DNA of 64,000 nucleotides. Source: a virus. Where the stretch lies: the IMG/VR virus record IMGVR_UViG_3300043446_002688; one strand, given 5' to 3'. The position numbers and the translations under genes were made by a program. The notes beneath the pieces were generated by a model. It saw only the letters and a program-made list of their open reading frames with translations. It made no database searches and was not told the origin of the DNA. The stretch's first letter is position 1; the number at the start of each line of letters is the position of its first letter. Shown piece after piece: positions 27,925 to 37,973 of this stretch.

Positions 27925-28209
27925 ATGTCTGGACATAATGACTTAAAATTAGTAAGATGGTTATTTCTGTTGTTGCTGTTGCCAATAGGTTTGGCAGTTT
28001 TCAGTGGTGATAGATTTAGATATCCTTGTCAAGACCCAACAAACTGGGACAAGGATTTTTGTAAAATGCCTTTGTGTGATGTGACTAGAACATGCCCTGA
28101 ACACATCTTCAAAGGTCAACGTGACCCAAGACAAGGACCACCAAAAGATGGACAAACTCAAACAACTACTCCAGCGCCTGCTGCACAAGGAGCAACCTGT
28201 GGAAAATAA
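27925..28209 (+). CDS. Membrane-anchored Cys-rich periplasmic protein
   Basis: TM followed by RFRYPCQDP..W...C...C.....C. Confidence 0.75.
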   Translation: MSGHNDLKLVRWLFLLLLLPIGLAVFSGDRFRYPCQDPTNWDKDFCKMPLCDVTRTCPEHIFKGQRDPRQGPPKDGQTQTTTPAPAAQGATCGK

Positions 28210-28663
28210 TAACGACTTCTTATACACAGAAGAGCAATTAATGGCTCGTCTGAAATTCTTTATTGGTATCTGTTTATCATTGACATTGACTGGTATCGTA
28301 TTCGTGGTATTGTACTCACTTATCTTTGTGACACAACCATTGAACGCTATTTCACCAATCGACCAGAAGTTCTTTGAACTGATTGTACCTATCGCAACAT
28401 TCTTAACTGGTACATTATCAGGTATCATGTTGGCTGGTGGTGATAAAGATGCACAGAAAGCTGCATTACAAGCTGCAAACAAAGGATGGGAAAGACCTCC
28501 TACTCCAGTAGTGGTGTCAAATCCTGCGCCAACACAAGCTGCAGTTCCAACTGCAACCTTTGGCCAAATGACTACACAACCTCCAGTTACTGTATCAACA
28601 CAAGTTGTTGCGGGTTTTGGTGGCAAAGAAGCACCTGTTCAACCACCACATCCTGAACGATGA
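28199..28663 (+). CDS. Two-TM membrane protein (holin-like candidate)
   Basis: GTG start after GGAG; two hydrophobic helices; Pro/Thr tail. Confidence 0.65.
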   Translation: MENNNDFLYTEEQLMARLKFFIGICLSLTLTGIVFVVLYSLIFVTQPLNAISPIDQKFFELIVPIATFLTGTLSGIMLAGGDKDAQKAALQAANKGWERPPTPVVVSNPAPTQAAVPTATFGQMTTQPPVTVSTQVVAGFGGKEAPVQPPHPER

Positions 28664-28878
28664 ACTGGTTAAATAGTTTATTAGGTGATGGCACTAACGG
28701 AAGTGTGAGCAGCAAGAGAGTTGTCACACTTCTTGCATTTCTATTGTGTGCTGTCGCTTTTTTGACTGAACTATATACAGAATATTCTGTAAGTGTTCAT
28801 ACATTAGATTCCATGATGTACATTGTGATTGCGGGGCTAGGTTTTACCGCCTCTGAAAAATTTACAAAGAAGGATTAA
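28660..28878 (+). CDS. Small two-TM holin candidate
   Basis: SSKRVV, two TMs, basic C-terminal tail. Confidence 0.6.
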   Translation: MNWLNSLLGDGTNGSVSSKRVVTLLAFLLCAVAFLTELYTEYSVSVHTLDSMMYIVIAGLGFTASEKFTKKD

Positions 28879-28880
28879 AA

Positions 28881-29078
28881 ATGAAAAAGATTATTGCGTT
28901 GATAGCATTGTTGGTTGCAACATCCGTTTTTGCAGCTGAAGAAAAACAAGTCTGTGTCGATAAAACTGGTAAAGACGGTAAAGTTCTTGTCGGCAAAGAC
29001 GGTAAGCCACAACAAACATGCAAAACAATAAAAGTCCACAAAAAACTAGAAGGTACAAAAATACCGGACAAGAAATAA
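28881..29078 (+). CDS. Small secreted basic protein
   Basis: Signal peptide ending VFA-A; two Cys; KDGK repeats. Confidence 0.75.
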   Translation: MKKIIALIALLVATSVFAAEEKQVCVDKTGKDGKVLVGKDGKPQQTCKTIKVHKKLEGTKIPDKK

Positions 29079-29086
29079 TAATAACC

Positions 29087-29521
29087 ATGGTTGACCAAGA
29101 ATACACACAATTAAAAGTAGATGTTGGTGTCCTGAAAACTCAGGTCGCCACGATTACTTCTTTGTGTGATAAAATGGACAAGGTTATTGAAAAACTAATG
29201 GATAATCAAGACCGTATGGTCAACCAAATCTACGATGACATGGACGAAAGAAAAAAAGATACTGTGGGTGACATCAAAGAGTTACATTCCAGAATAACAA
29301 CGGTGGACAGAAACTTTACCGATAAACTGGAATTAACCGAACGCAGAATTATGGAACAAATAGAAAACCTGCGTAGAGATATTGCTGAACACAATAAGAA
29401 AGAAGATTCCGAATTGAAAAAGATTTTGGAATGGAAATGGATGGCTGCCGGCGGTATATTAGTCCTAGCATGGTTGTTTTCTCACATAAAATTTGATATA
29501 ATAACGAAATTGTTAAACTAA
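29087..29521 (+). CDS. Conserved coiled-coil protein with C-terminal TM
   Basis: Upstream of primase, as in many T4-like phages. Confidence 0.8.
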   Translation: MVDQEYTQLKVDVGVLKTQVATITSLCDKMDKVIEKLMDNQDRMVNQIYDDMDERKKDTVGDIKELHSRITTVDRNFTDKLELTERRIMEQIENLRRDIAEHNKKEDSELKKILEWKWMAAGGILVLAWLFSHIKFDIITKLLN

Positions 29522-29536
29522 TTTGTTATTTTTGTT

Positions 29537-30556
29537 ATGTCTGTTTTTATTGACCGTACCTTCTTACTGAGGGTATCCCCTAAACTTCAAAAATTCACAC
29601 AGAAGAAGACCGACCTGTATAATTTCAGGTGTCCTCTTTGTGGCGACTCTAGCAAAAATAAAACCAAAGCTCGTGGTTATGTTTTTGCCAAAAAGAACAA
29701 TTACTTTTATATGTGCCATAATTGTGGCGCATCCACAAACTTTTATAATTTTCTGGAAAGAGTGGATGAAACTCTATGTAAAGAGTATGCATTGGAAAGG
29801 TATAAGAATGCCGACAATGCAACATCCAATCGAGAAAAACCAAACTTTGAGGAATTCAAAGAGAAACCTGTGTTCAAAGAGAAGATTGGTTTACCATCTA
29901 TTGCAAGTTTAGATGAGGAACACTACGCAAAACAGTATGTGTTAAAACGCCAAATTCCCGAAACTTTCCACGCAAGTCTTTTCTATGCGGAAGACTTTAA
30001 GAAATTTGTGGAAGACATGAAGATTGAAAAAGATGGCCTCAAAGAAGATGATCCACGATTGGTGATACCATTCTATGATGAAGATAAAAATCTCGTAGCA
30101 TTCCAAGGTCGTGCGCTGGGTGAATCTAAACTCCGTTACATTACAGTAAAGATTGACAAAGACAATTACAAACTCTTTGGAATGGACAGAGTTGTTTTGG
30201 ATGACGAAGATAAAAAAGTGTATGTCACCGAAGGACCTATTGATTCTATGTTCTTGGAGAATGCCGTTGCAACTGCGGACTCCAACCTACAAGCAGCATC
30301 AAGATTGATTGATAAGTCTAAGTTGGTATTGGTATATGACAATGAACCTCGCAATAAAGATATTTGTAAACAGCTTGAAAAAGCCATCGAGGAACATTAT
30401 AATGTGGTTATTTGGCCTGAAATGATTGAAGAAAAAGATATCAATGAAATGATTTTGAATGGTTTCTCACCAGACGAAATCCAAGATTTTATAAGTAAAA
30501 ATACATTCGTAAATCTGAGAGCCAAGATGGAATTTGTTAACTGGAAGAAAGTATAA
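29537..30556 (+). CDS. 61: DNA primase gp61
   Basis: CPLCGDS...CHNC zinc finger, VTEGPIDS TOPRIM, YDNE. Confidence 0.96.
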   Translation: MSVFIDRTFLLRVSPKLQKFTQKKTDLYNFRCPLCGDSSKNKTKARGYVFAKKNNYFYMCHNCGASTNFYNFLERVDETLCKEYALERYKNADNATSNREKPNFEEFKEKPVFKEKIGLPSIASLDEEHYAKQYVLKRQIPETFHASLFYAEDFKKFVEDMKIEKDGLKEDDPRLVIPFYDEDKNLVAFQGRALGESKLRYITVKIDKDNYKLFGMDRVVLDDEDKKVYVTEGPIDSMFLENAVATADSNLQAASRLIDKSKLVLVYDNEPRNKDICKQLEKAIEEHYNVVIWPEMIEEKDINEMILNGFSPDEIQDFISKNTFVNLRAKMEFVNWKKV

Positions 30557-30557
30557 T

Positions 30558-31205
30558 ATGAAAGTGAAATTAATTAATTATTCGCAAGACCCTGAAGGTC
30601 GCAACCTCTTGGAACAAATAGCGTACTGTGCAAGGGTGTCAAATCCAAGTAACCAGGATAACACCGATACAGCGGAAAAGTTGGTTAGATATCTGATTAA
30701 GAATCAACACTGGAGTCCATTGGAGATGGTTTCCGTGTGTTTGGAAATTGATACGACCCGTGATATCGCAAGACAAATCCTAAGACACCGTTCGTTCTCT
30801 TTCCAAGAATTCAGCCAACGATATGCAGATGCATCACAACTCGGTTTTGAAACCCGTGAAGCTAGATTACAAGATAATAAGAACCGTCAAAATTCTATTA
30901 AGAATGAAAATCAGGCTCTGGAAGCATGGTGGGAAAACTATCAACTGATTGTACAACGCACCGCACAGGATGCATATCAATTTGCATTGGACAAAGGAAT
31001 TGCCAAAGAACAAGCACGCTCGGTGTTGCCTGAAGGCATGACTAAATCACGCATGTACATGAATGGAACGCTTCGTTCTTGGGTTCACTATATACAACTC
31101 CGTTCAGCTAACGGAACACAAAAAGAACACCAAGAAATTGCAATAGCTTGTGCTAATGTAATTGAACCAATATTTCCTATGATTAAGGAGTTTGTAAATG
31201 AATAG
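30558..31205 (+). CDS. thyX: Flavin-dependent thymidylate synthase
   Basis: RHRSFSFQEFSQRY signature. Confidence 0.97.
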   Translation: MKVKLINYSQDPEGRNLLEQIAYCARVSNPSNQDNTDTAEKLVRYLIKNQHWSPLEMVSVCLEIDTTRDIARQILRHRSFSFQEFSQRYADASQLGFETREARLQDNKNRQNSIKNENQALEAWWENYQLIVQRTAQDAYQFALDKGIAKEQARSVLPEGMTKSRMYMNGTLRSWVHYIQLRSANGTQKEHQEIAIACANVIEPIFPMIKEFVNE

Positions 31206-31557
31206 TAGGGACGATGTAGCGAAATTCATGTATGCGTGTGACCAAAACGCTTCTGATTTTGGTGCTCAAGCAAATCTTTATATGGGTTTAATTATTGAAG
31301 AATATAAAGAGTTGATGGTTGCTTTTGGTAATCGTGATATGGTTGAAATTGCTGATGCATGTGCTGATTTGAAATGGGTGATTGAAGGACTAGAACACAC
31401 ATTAAAAATTCCACAACAAGCAGTTTGGGACGAAGTTGCTCGTAGTAACTTGGCTAAAATTAGTGCAAGTGGCAAAGTAGAAAAAAGAGAAGATGGTAAA
31501 GTACTCAAACCAGAAGGGTGGACGCCACCAGACATTAAGAGTATTCTGAAAAAATAA
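31198..31557 (+). CDS. All-alpha NTP pyrophosphohydrolase (MazG/PRA-PH-like)
   Basis: EEYKEL...EIADACADL...SNLAK...REDGKVLKP. Confidence 0.85.
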   Translation: MNSRDDVAKFMYACDQNASDFGAQANLYMGLIIEEYKELMVAFGNRDMVEIADACADLKWVIEGLEHTLKIPQQAVWDEVARSNLAKISASGKVEKREDGKVLKPEGWTPPDIKSILKK

Positions 31558-31568
31558 TAAGGAAAAAT

Positions 31569-33359
31569 ATGGAATATATGGGAATTAAAATAGATTTGGA
31601 GAGAGACAAACTATTTGATGAGTTGGGCATCAAACGATTAAAAGAATCGTATATGCGTGAGGATGAAACATCACCACAACAAAGATTTGCGTATGTATCA
31701 TCAGCATTCGGTACAGATGCTGCTCATGCTCAGCGTTTATATGATTATTCTTCTAAACATTGGCTCAGTTATTCTACACCAATTCTTTCTTATGGTCGTA
31801 GTAAACGTGGCATGCCTATTTCATGCTTCTTAAATTTTATTGAAGATACAGCGGAGGGTTTAGTTGATAATCTTAGTGAAACTAATTGGCTTAGTATGCT
31901 TGGCGGCGGGGTTGGGATTGGCTTCGGTATTCGTTCCTCGGATGATAAGAGCACTGGTGTTATGCCGCACCTCAAAATTTACGATGCATCTAGTCTCGCA
32001 TACCGTCAAGGCCGTACTCGCCGTGGAAGCTACGCTGCTTATCTTGATATCAGCCATCCTGATATTATTCCCTTCCTTGAGATGAGAAAACCAACTGGTG
32101 ATCCAAATGTTCGTTGTTTGAATCTCCACCATGGTGTAAACATTCCTGATGCGTTCATGGAAATCATTGAACGCTGTATGTTGGATCCACAAGCCAATGA
32201 TGATTGGCAACTAATTGATCCAAATAGTGGTGAAGTGCGTGAAACTGTATCAGCAAAGATGTTGTGGGAAAAACTAATTGATTTGCGTATGCATACGGGT
32301 GAACCATACTTACACTTTATTGATACAAGTAATCGTATGTTACCACAATGGTTGAAAGATAAAGGATTGAAAGTACATCAATCCAATCTATGTTCAGAAA
32401 TTATTTTACCAACAAACGAAAAGAGAACAGCTGTTTGTTGTTTATCGTCATTAAACTTGGAGACCTATGATGAGTGGAAGAATGATGCACTTTTTCTACG
32501 GGACGTGGCAGAAATGCTTGATAACGTCTTACAGTATTTTATTGATAATGCTCCTGACAGTATCGCTCGTGCCAAGTATTCTGCTAGCCGTGAACGTTCT
32601 ATTGGCATTGGCGCTTTGGGTTTCCATGCTTATTTGCAGCGAAAGAATGTGGCCTTTGAATCAGCCATTGCAAAATCAGTCAACAACAACATCTTCAAAA
32701 CAATCAGAAAAGGATTAGACGATGCGAATGTTCAACTCGGTTTGGAACGTGGTGAAGCACCCGATGCTGTGGGCACTGGCTTCCGTTTCAGTCATCTTAT
32801 GGCTATTGCTCCAAATGCTTCTTCGTCTATCATTTTGGGAAATACTAGCCCTAGTGTCGAGCCTTGGCGTGCTAATGCTTACCGTCAGGATACTCTATCT
32901 GGAGCATTTCTAAACAAGAACAGATACTTGGATAAAATTATTCAAAAAGAATCTGAGAAACACTCTGAAGGTTGGGCTGATGAAGTTTGGTCTTCTATCA
33001 TTGCTAATGATGGTTCAGTTCAACACTTGACATGGATGGACGATGATACTAAGGATGTATTCAAAACATCCATGGAAATTGACCAACGATGGGTGATTGA
33101 ACACGCAGCTGACCGTCAACAATACATCGACCAAGCACAATCACTAAATGTGTTCTTCCGTCCAGATAGTCATTTGAAGTATATTCATGCCGTACATTTC
33201 TTGGCATGGAAACAAGGATTGAAAACATTATATTATTGCCGTAGTGAGAAACTTGCTAAGGCAGATAAAGTATCTAAGCGTATTGAACGTGAGGTTATTA
33301 AAGAACTTGATATGACACAAATTGCACAAGGTAATGATTGTATTGCTTGTGAGGGTTAA
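31569..33359 (+). CDS. nrdA: Class Ia ribonucleotide reductase, alpha subunit
   Basis: QSNLCSEI, TLYYCR, C-terminal CIAC. Confidence 0.97.
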   Translation: MEYMGIKIDLERDKLFDELGIKRLKESYMREDETSPQQRFAYVSSAFGTDAAHAQRLYDYSSKHWLSYSTPILSYGRSKRGMPISCFLNFIEDTAEGLVDNLSETNWLSMLGGGVGIGFGIRSSDDKSTGVMPHLKIYDASSLAYRQGRTRRGSYAAYLDISHPDIIPFLEMRKPTGDPNVRCLNLHHGVNIPDAFMEIIERCMLDPQANDDWQLIDPNSGEVRETVSAKMLWEKLIDLRMHTGEPYLHFIDTSNRMLPQWLKDKGLKVHQSNLCSEIILPTNEKRTAVCCLSSLNLETYDEWKNDALFLRDVAEMLDNVLQYFIDNAPDSIARAKYSASRERSIGIGALGFHAYLQRKNVAFESAIAKSVNNNIFKTIRKGLDDANVQLGLERGEAPDAVGTGFRFSHLMAIAPNASSSIILGNTSPSVEPWRANAYRQDTLSGAFLNKNRYLDKIIQKESEKHSEGWADEVWSSIIANDGSVQHLTWMDDDTKDVFKTSMEIDQRWVIEHAADRQQYIDQAQSLNVFFRPDSHLKYIHAVHFLAWKQGLKTLYYCRSEKLAKADKVSKRIEREVIKELDMTQIAQGNDCIACEG

Positions 33360-33997
33360 TGAAACCAACTATAGCATTGTTCCTGCACCAGCCGAAATGC
33401 TCGGTGCAATCAGGTAACGGCATTATCAAAGCACTTGGTGAACATTACAACTTTAAGATTTTCACTAAACACGAACTAGAAGATGATTTCTTTGATAATG
33501 TCGATATTGTTGCTTTCCCTGGTGGTCTGGGTGACAGCGACAGCTTTGACTCTTTGCTTAAAAATAATCGGAACCGCATTTATGATTTTATTCGTAATGG
33601 CGGCCGTTATTTGGGAATTTGCATGGGTGCTTATTGGGCTGGCCGTGATTATTTTAATATTTTACATAATGTTGACGTAGAGCAATACATTACTAGGCCA
33701 AATACCGATACAAGAAGACCACATGCTAAGAATCTAAAGGTAGAATGGTTGGGTGAAGAAAAACATATGTTCTTCTATGACGGTTGTGCATTTGGTCCTG
33801 GTTATTATGATACTATTGCCAAATATATGAATGGTGATGCAATGGCAATAATACAAGGTCGTGTTGGCTTAATTGGATGTCATCCAGAAAGTCAACCACA
33901 TTGGTATGAAGAATATAGTTGGATGAAGAATAAGTATCATAATGGAGAACAACATCAGTTGTTATTGGATTTTGTTAATAGATTAATGGAGGCTTGA
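33359..33997 (+). CDS. Class I glutamine-amidotransferase-like (BPL_N) protein
   Basis: FPGG, YLGICMGAY nucleophile elbow, HPE. Confidence 0.82.
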   Translation: MKPTIALFLHQPKCSVQSGNGIIKALGEHYNFKIFTKHELEDDFFDNVDIVAFPGGLGDSDSFDSLLKNNRNRIYDFIRNGGRYLGICMGAYWAGRDYFNILHNVDVEQYITRPNTDTRRPHAKNLKVEWLGEEKHMFFYDGCAFGPGYYDTIAKYMNGDAMAIIQGRVGLIGCHPESQPHWYEEYSWMKNKYHNGEQHQLLLDFVNRLMEA

Positions 33998-34119
33998 TGT
34001 TAGTAGCAGAATATATTATAATTGGTTTTTTATCAGCATTAGGATGGTGGAGTGCAAATCATTATGTGATTGAACCATATGCACCACCACCAATTGAAAA
34101 GAAAAAGGAAGAAAAATGA
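33997..34119 (+). CDS. Small membrane protein (40 aa)
   Basis: TGATG and ATGA overlaps; hydrophobic N-terminus. Confidence 0.6.
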   Translation: MLVAEYIIIGFLSALGWWSANHYVIEPYAPPPIEKKKEEK

Positions 34120-34367
34120 ACGACAAAAGAGTATTGAGATTTACAGCATCTTGGTGTGGTCCATGCAAGATGTTGGCAAAAAATTTAGAAAGTATAAACA
34201 CAAATATACCAATCGAAGTTGTAGATATTGATGTACACACAGAGGTTGCAATGGATTATGGTGTTCGTGGTGTACCAACACTTGTTATGTTGAATGGTAA
34301 CACAGAAATGAAAAGATTGGTCGGTATGCAATCACTAAAACAACTAGAGGACTGGCTGAATGATTAA
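34116..34367 (+). CDS. Thioredoxin
   Basis: WCGPC; GVPT. Confidence 0.95.
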   Translation: MNDKRVLRFTASWCGPCKMLAKNLESINTNIPIEVVDIDVHTEVAMDYGVRGVPTLVMLNGNTEMKRLVGMQSLKQLEDWLND

Positions 34368-35346
34368 AAAAGTAAATTCAAGAGTTACAGACGAAAGAAG
34401 TAATTTCAAACCTTTCAACTATGCATGGGCATACGATGCGTGGTTAAAGCATGAACAATCACATTGGCTCCACACAGAAGTTCCAATGTTGGAAGATGAA
34501 AAAGATTGGAAAAGAAAGTTAACTAAAGATGAGAAACTTTTTCTTACGCATATATTCAGGTTCTTCACACAGGGTGATATTGACGTGGCTGGTGGTTATG
34601 TACGGAATTATCTTCCTTATTTTCCTCAGCCTGAAATTAGGATGATGTTGATGGGTTTTGCTGCTCGTGAAGCCTTACACATTGCTGCATACAGTCACTT
34701 GATTGAAACTCTTGGTTTACCAGAAACAACATATAGTGAATTCTTGGAATACCAAGAAATGAAAGACAAACACGATTATGTGTTAGACTTATCATCTAAG
34801 AATGGTACAAAAGAAAACACAGCTCGTCACATTGCTGTATTCTCCGCATTTACTGAAGGTATGCAGTTGTTCTCCTCATTCATTATGTTGTTGAATTTCC
34901 CACGGCATGGCAAGATGAAGGGTATGGGTCAAATCGTTACTTGGTCCATCGTTGACGAAACGATGCACGCTGAGAATATGATGAAATTGTTTAAAACATA
35001 TATAAACGAGAACCCCGAAATCTGGAACGATGAATTGAAGAGCAGCATCTACACTATTGCAGAGAAGATGGTTGAACTTGAAGATAAGTTTATTGATTTG
35101 GCTTTTGGTGTAAATCAAATGGAAGACTTAACAAGTGAAGATGTTAAGAAATACATTCGTTACATCGCTGACCGCCGATTGATTGGTCTTGGTATGAAGG
35201 GTATCTTTAAAGTAAAAAGAAATCCTCTTCCATGGGTTGAGGAAATGATTAATGCTCCAACTCATACCAACTTCTTTGAGAATCGTGCAACAGATTATGC
35301 AAAAGGTGCTCAACAAGGAACATGGGGTGATGTTTGGGCTCATTAA
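34360..35346 (+). CDS. nrdB: Class Ia ribonucleotide reductase, beta subunit
   Basis: EALH and DETMH di-iron motifs. Confidence 0.96.
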   Translation: MIKKVNSRVTDERSNFKPFNYAWAYDAWLKHEQSHWLHTEVPMLEDEKDWKRKLTKDEKLFLTHIFRFFTQGDIDVAGGYVRNYLPYFPQPEIRMMLMGFAAREALHIAAYSHLIETLGLPETTYSEFLEYQEMKDKHDYVLDLSSKNGTKENTARHIAVFSAFTEGMQLFSSFIMLLNFPRHGKMKGMGQIVTWSIVDETMHAENMMKLFKTYINENPEIWNDELKSSIYTIAEKMVELEDKFIDLAFGVNQMEDLTSEDVKKYIRYIADRRLIGLGMKGIFKVKRNPLPWVEEMINAPTHTNFFENRATDYAKGAQQGTWGDVWAH

Positions 35347-35355
35347 GGAGACCTT

Positions 35356-35541
35356 ATGTCAAAGTTAATTACAGGCGAATGCCTAAATTGTGAATCAAGT
35401 TATGAAGTTGCTTATGTTGAGCAACTTGTATCATCTGAATTACCAGAACATTGTCCTTTCTGCGGTGAAAAGATTGAAGAAATCACCGAAGACTATATAG
35501 AGGACGATGATTTGGATGACGATGATTTAAAATGGGAATAA
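35356..35541 (+). CDS. Zinc-ribbon protein with acidic tail
   Basis: CLNC...CPFC. Confidence 0.8.
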   Translation: MSKLITGECLNCESSYEVAYVEQLVSSELPEHCPFCGEKIEEITEDYIEDDDLDDDDLKWE

Positions 35542-35945
35542 ACTGGATACACGATAATAAAGACTTCACAGAAGAACAGATTGGTGAGAATTATGGTTTT
35601 GTTTACCTAATCACCAATCTGACCAATAACAAAAAATACATTGGTAAGAAATTTTTCTACAGCTCTAAGACAAAAGTAGTAAAAGGCAAGAAAAAGAAAC
35701 ACAAGGTTTCCTCGGATTGGCAAACTTACTACGGATCCAACGAGGAACTGAAAAAAGATGTTATAATGCACGGTCGTGAACAGTTCAAGCGAGAGATTAT
35801 ACACTTGTGCAAATCCAAAGGTGAGTGTGGTTATCTTGAAGCAAAAGAGCAGTTCGTTAATGGTGCGTTAGAGAGTGATGAGTATTACAATACCTGGATT
35901 ATGGTAAGAGTGAGAAAATCACACATTAAAGGATTACAATGTTAG
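35532..35945 (+). CDS. GIY-YIG endonuclease (EndoII/Seg-like)
   Basis: GFVYLIT...KYIG...YYGS...LEAKE...YN. Confidence 0.9.
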   Translation: MGINWIHDNKDFTEEQIGENYGFVYLITNLTNNKKYIGKKFFYSSKTKVVKGKKKKHKVSSDWQTYYGSNEELKKDVIMHGREQFKREIIHLCKSKGECGYLEAKEQFVNGALESDEYYNTWIMVRVRKSHIKGLQC

Positions 35946-36283
35946 ACGTTTTGCGTGAGATTGAAGATTATGATACCATCTTTTTTGTACCACATCCTGA
36001 AGATGACAATCAGGTAAAATTAGAAGTGGCAAAGTACAAAGAAATGGGAGAAAAGTTGGATGTCGGTTTGGCCGGAGATTCCTATGAAATTATCCTTTTC
36101 AGATTGAACGAAGAAGATGAAATGACAGACCTGGATAAATTCCAAGGCGTTTTGTCTGAACCCCGTGAATATATCAGCAGAATGATTAAAGATGATTGGT
36201 ATGGTATGGTTACCAGGAAAACCACCACATCACACCGACTGGTGGATGATGTATTTGCCAAATGGAACAGTTTTGCAGTATAA
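35939..36283 (+). CDS. Hypothetical acidic protein
   Basis: 114 aa ORF, AAAGGA RBS. Confidence 0.75.
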   Translation: MLDVLREIEDYDTIFFVPHPEDDNQVKLEVAKYKEMGEKLDVGLAGDSYEIILFRLNEEDEMTDLDKFQGVLSEPREYISRMIKDDWYGMVTRKTTTSHRLVDDVFAKWNSFAV

Positions 36284-36307
36284 TATGTAAAACTACTGAA
36301 AGTTATT

Positions 36308-37171
36308 ATGATTCTTGTTGATTTAAACCAAGTCTTATTGGCAGGCCTCATGGCTCAAATTGCCAACGCAAAACCAAAAGTGAAATTAGAGGAAGACCTA
36401 ATTCGCCACATGGTTTTGAATATTATCCGAACACACCTAAAGAACTTCCGTAAAGAATATGGTGAAGTTGTACTCTGTGCTGACAATCGTAAATATTGGC
36501 GCAAGGATTTCTTTCCACATTACAAGGCAGGTCGTAAAAAGACACGTGCTAAATCAGATTTAGATTGGCATCTAATCTTTGATATGTTGTCTAAGTTCAA
36601 ACAAGAACTCAAAGACAATTTCCCATACAAAGTGATTGATGTTGAAGGTGCCGAAGCGGATGACATTATTGGTACACTTGTGCCTCGTCACATTATGCAT
36701 GAGGATATTCTAATCATCTCCAGTGATGGTGACTTCTTGCAATTACAGATGTACAATGGTAGAACACCATTTACAGTCAAACAATACAATCCAACACAAA
36801 AGAAATTTGTTGTGTCGGACAATCCACTACATGAATTGAAAATTAAAATCATTGGTGGCGATGCAGGTGATGGTATTCCAAACATCATGTCACCTGGAGA
36901 TACATTCGTGCGTGACATTAGACAGAAACGCATGACAGAAGGTAGATTAGAAAAATACCTGAATGAAGATATTACACAATATGATGAGGAAGCCAAGATT
37001 GGTTATTCTCGTAATAGTACCTTGATTGACCTACGAAACATTCCAAGTGATATTCAAAGTAAAATCATAAATACTTATGATGAAACCAAACCTGCACCTA
37101 AAGGTAAGATTTTGGACTATTTCATTGCTAATAAACTGAAAAATCTTATGGATGTGATTGGAGAATTTTGA
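36308..37171 (+). CDS. rnh: T4-type RNase H / 5'-3' flap exonuclease
   Basis: LVD, YKAGRKK, EADD, SSDGD, GDAGDGIPN. Confidence 0.95.
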   Translation: MILVDLNQVLLAGLMAQIANAKPKVKLEEDLIRHMVLNIIRTHLKNFRKEYGEVVLCADNRKYWRKDFFPHYKAGRKKTRAKSDLDWHLIFDMLSKFKQELKDNFPYKVIDVEGAEADDIIGTLVPRHIMHEDILIISSDGDFLQLQMYNGRTPFTVKQYNPTQKKFVVSDNPLHELKIKIIGGDAGDGIPNIMSPGDTFVRDIRQKRMTEGRLEKYLNEDITQYDEEAKIGYSRNSTLIDLRNIPSDIQSKIINTYDETKPAPKGKILDYFIANKLKNLMDVIGEF

Positions 37172-37596
37172 TGAAGGCTTTGTATGAAATTTTTGATGAG
37201 TTTGAGGAAGCAAAAACCAAAGAAGCAAGAATGGGTGTTATTGAACGCAACCTTTCAAAAGTTTTGGTAGATGTTTTGCAGTTAACATATCATCCAGATT
37301 TCCAATGGAAGGTAAAAGAACTTCCAGAAAATTATAAAATTCCAACGGACATGCTTCCAGGAATCACACATGATAGTTTGAACTCACAACTGCGTAGGTT
37401 GTATATGTTTAGAGTTGGTGATCCTACGGCAGAATCGTTGACTGAAAAAAGAAGAAATGAATTGTTGATTCAGATTTTAGAATCAATTGAACCAAGAGAA
37501 GCAGAAGTAGTTTTGGGTATTTTCCAAAAAGACCTGCATGTAAAAGGTCTAACATATAAATTTGTTAAAGAGGCATTTCCAAATCTATTACCATGA
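37168..37596 (+). CDS. Conserved T4-like phage protein
   Basis: W...LP...RRLYMF...QILESI..REAE; CATAAATA at 37066 upstream. Confidence 0.8.
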   Translation: MMKALYEIFDEFEEAKTKEARMGVIERNLSKVLVDVLQLTYHPDFQWKVKELPENYKIPTDMLPGITHDSLNSQLRRLYMFRVGDPTAESLTEKRRNELLIQILESIEPREAEVVLGIFQKDLHVKGLTYKFVKEAFPNLLP

Positions 37597-37964
37597 TACC
37601 AAAAGATAGAATAATCGTTACATCAGGTGATTATGATATTTTGAGAGTTGAAGATTTGAGATTCTTACAGAAATGTAGAGCTCAAGGTGATTGGTTAATT
37701 GTTGGTTTGAATTCTGATATAGCAACACATATGAAAACAGGCACACTTTATAATCGTTATGACGATAGACAAGAATTGTTACAAGGATTAAAGTGTGTTG
37801 ATGAGATAGTTCGTTACAATGATGCTGATGGCACAGATTGTAACTTATTAAAGGCCGTTAAACTGTTTTATCCTCAGGCAGTTATAACATATGTTTCTAA
37901 GCATGATATGCATAATATGCCAGAAACAAAAATTAGAGGAATTACATTTCAAGTTATTGATTAA
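37593..37964 (+). CDS. RfaE-domain-II/TagD-like cytidylyltransferase homologue lacking HxGH
   Basis: VTSGDYD-ILRVED...GDWLIVGLNSD...R..LL..LKCVDEIV. Confidence 0.75.
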   Translation: MIPKDRIIVTSGDYDILRVEDLRFLQKCRAQGDWLIVGLNSDIATHMKTGTLYNRYDDRQELLQGLKCVDEIVRYNDADGTDCNLLKAVKLFYPQAVITYVSKHDMHNMPETKIRGITFQVID

Positions 37965-37973
37965 GGAGTAGTA

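Noticed and set aside
27961-28626. 221-aa minus-strand ORF in the lysis cassette
   Set aside because: Antisense shadow of Pro/Thr-rich plus-strand genes
3924-35346. Introns or inteins in gp43, gp41, thyX, nrdA, nrdB
   Set aside because: All are continuous ORFs of expected length, with no intein C/HN ends evident
35532-35945. GIY-YIG gene as a mobile homing endonuclease
   Set aside because: Short, no DNA-binding tail, and located after nrdB like housekeeping EndoII-type nucleases; kept as an ordinary CDS
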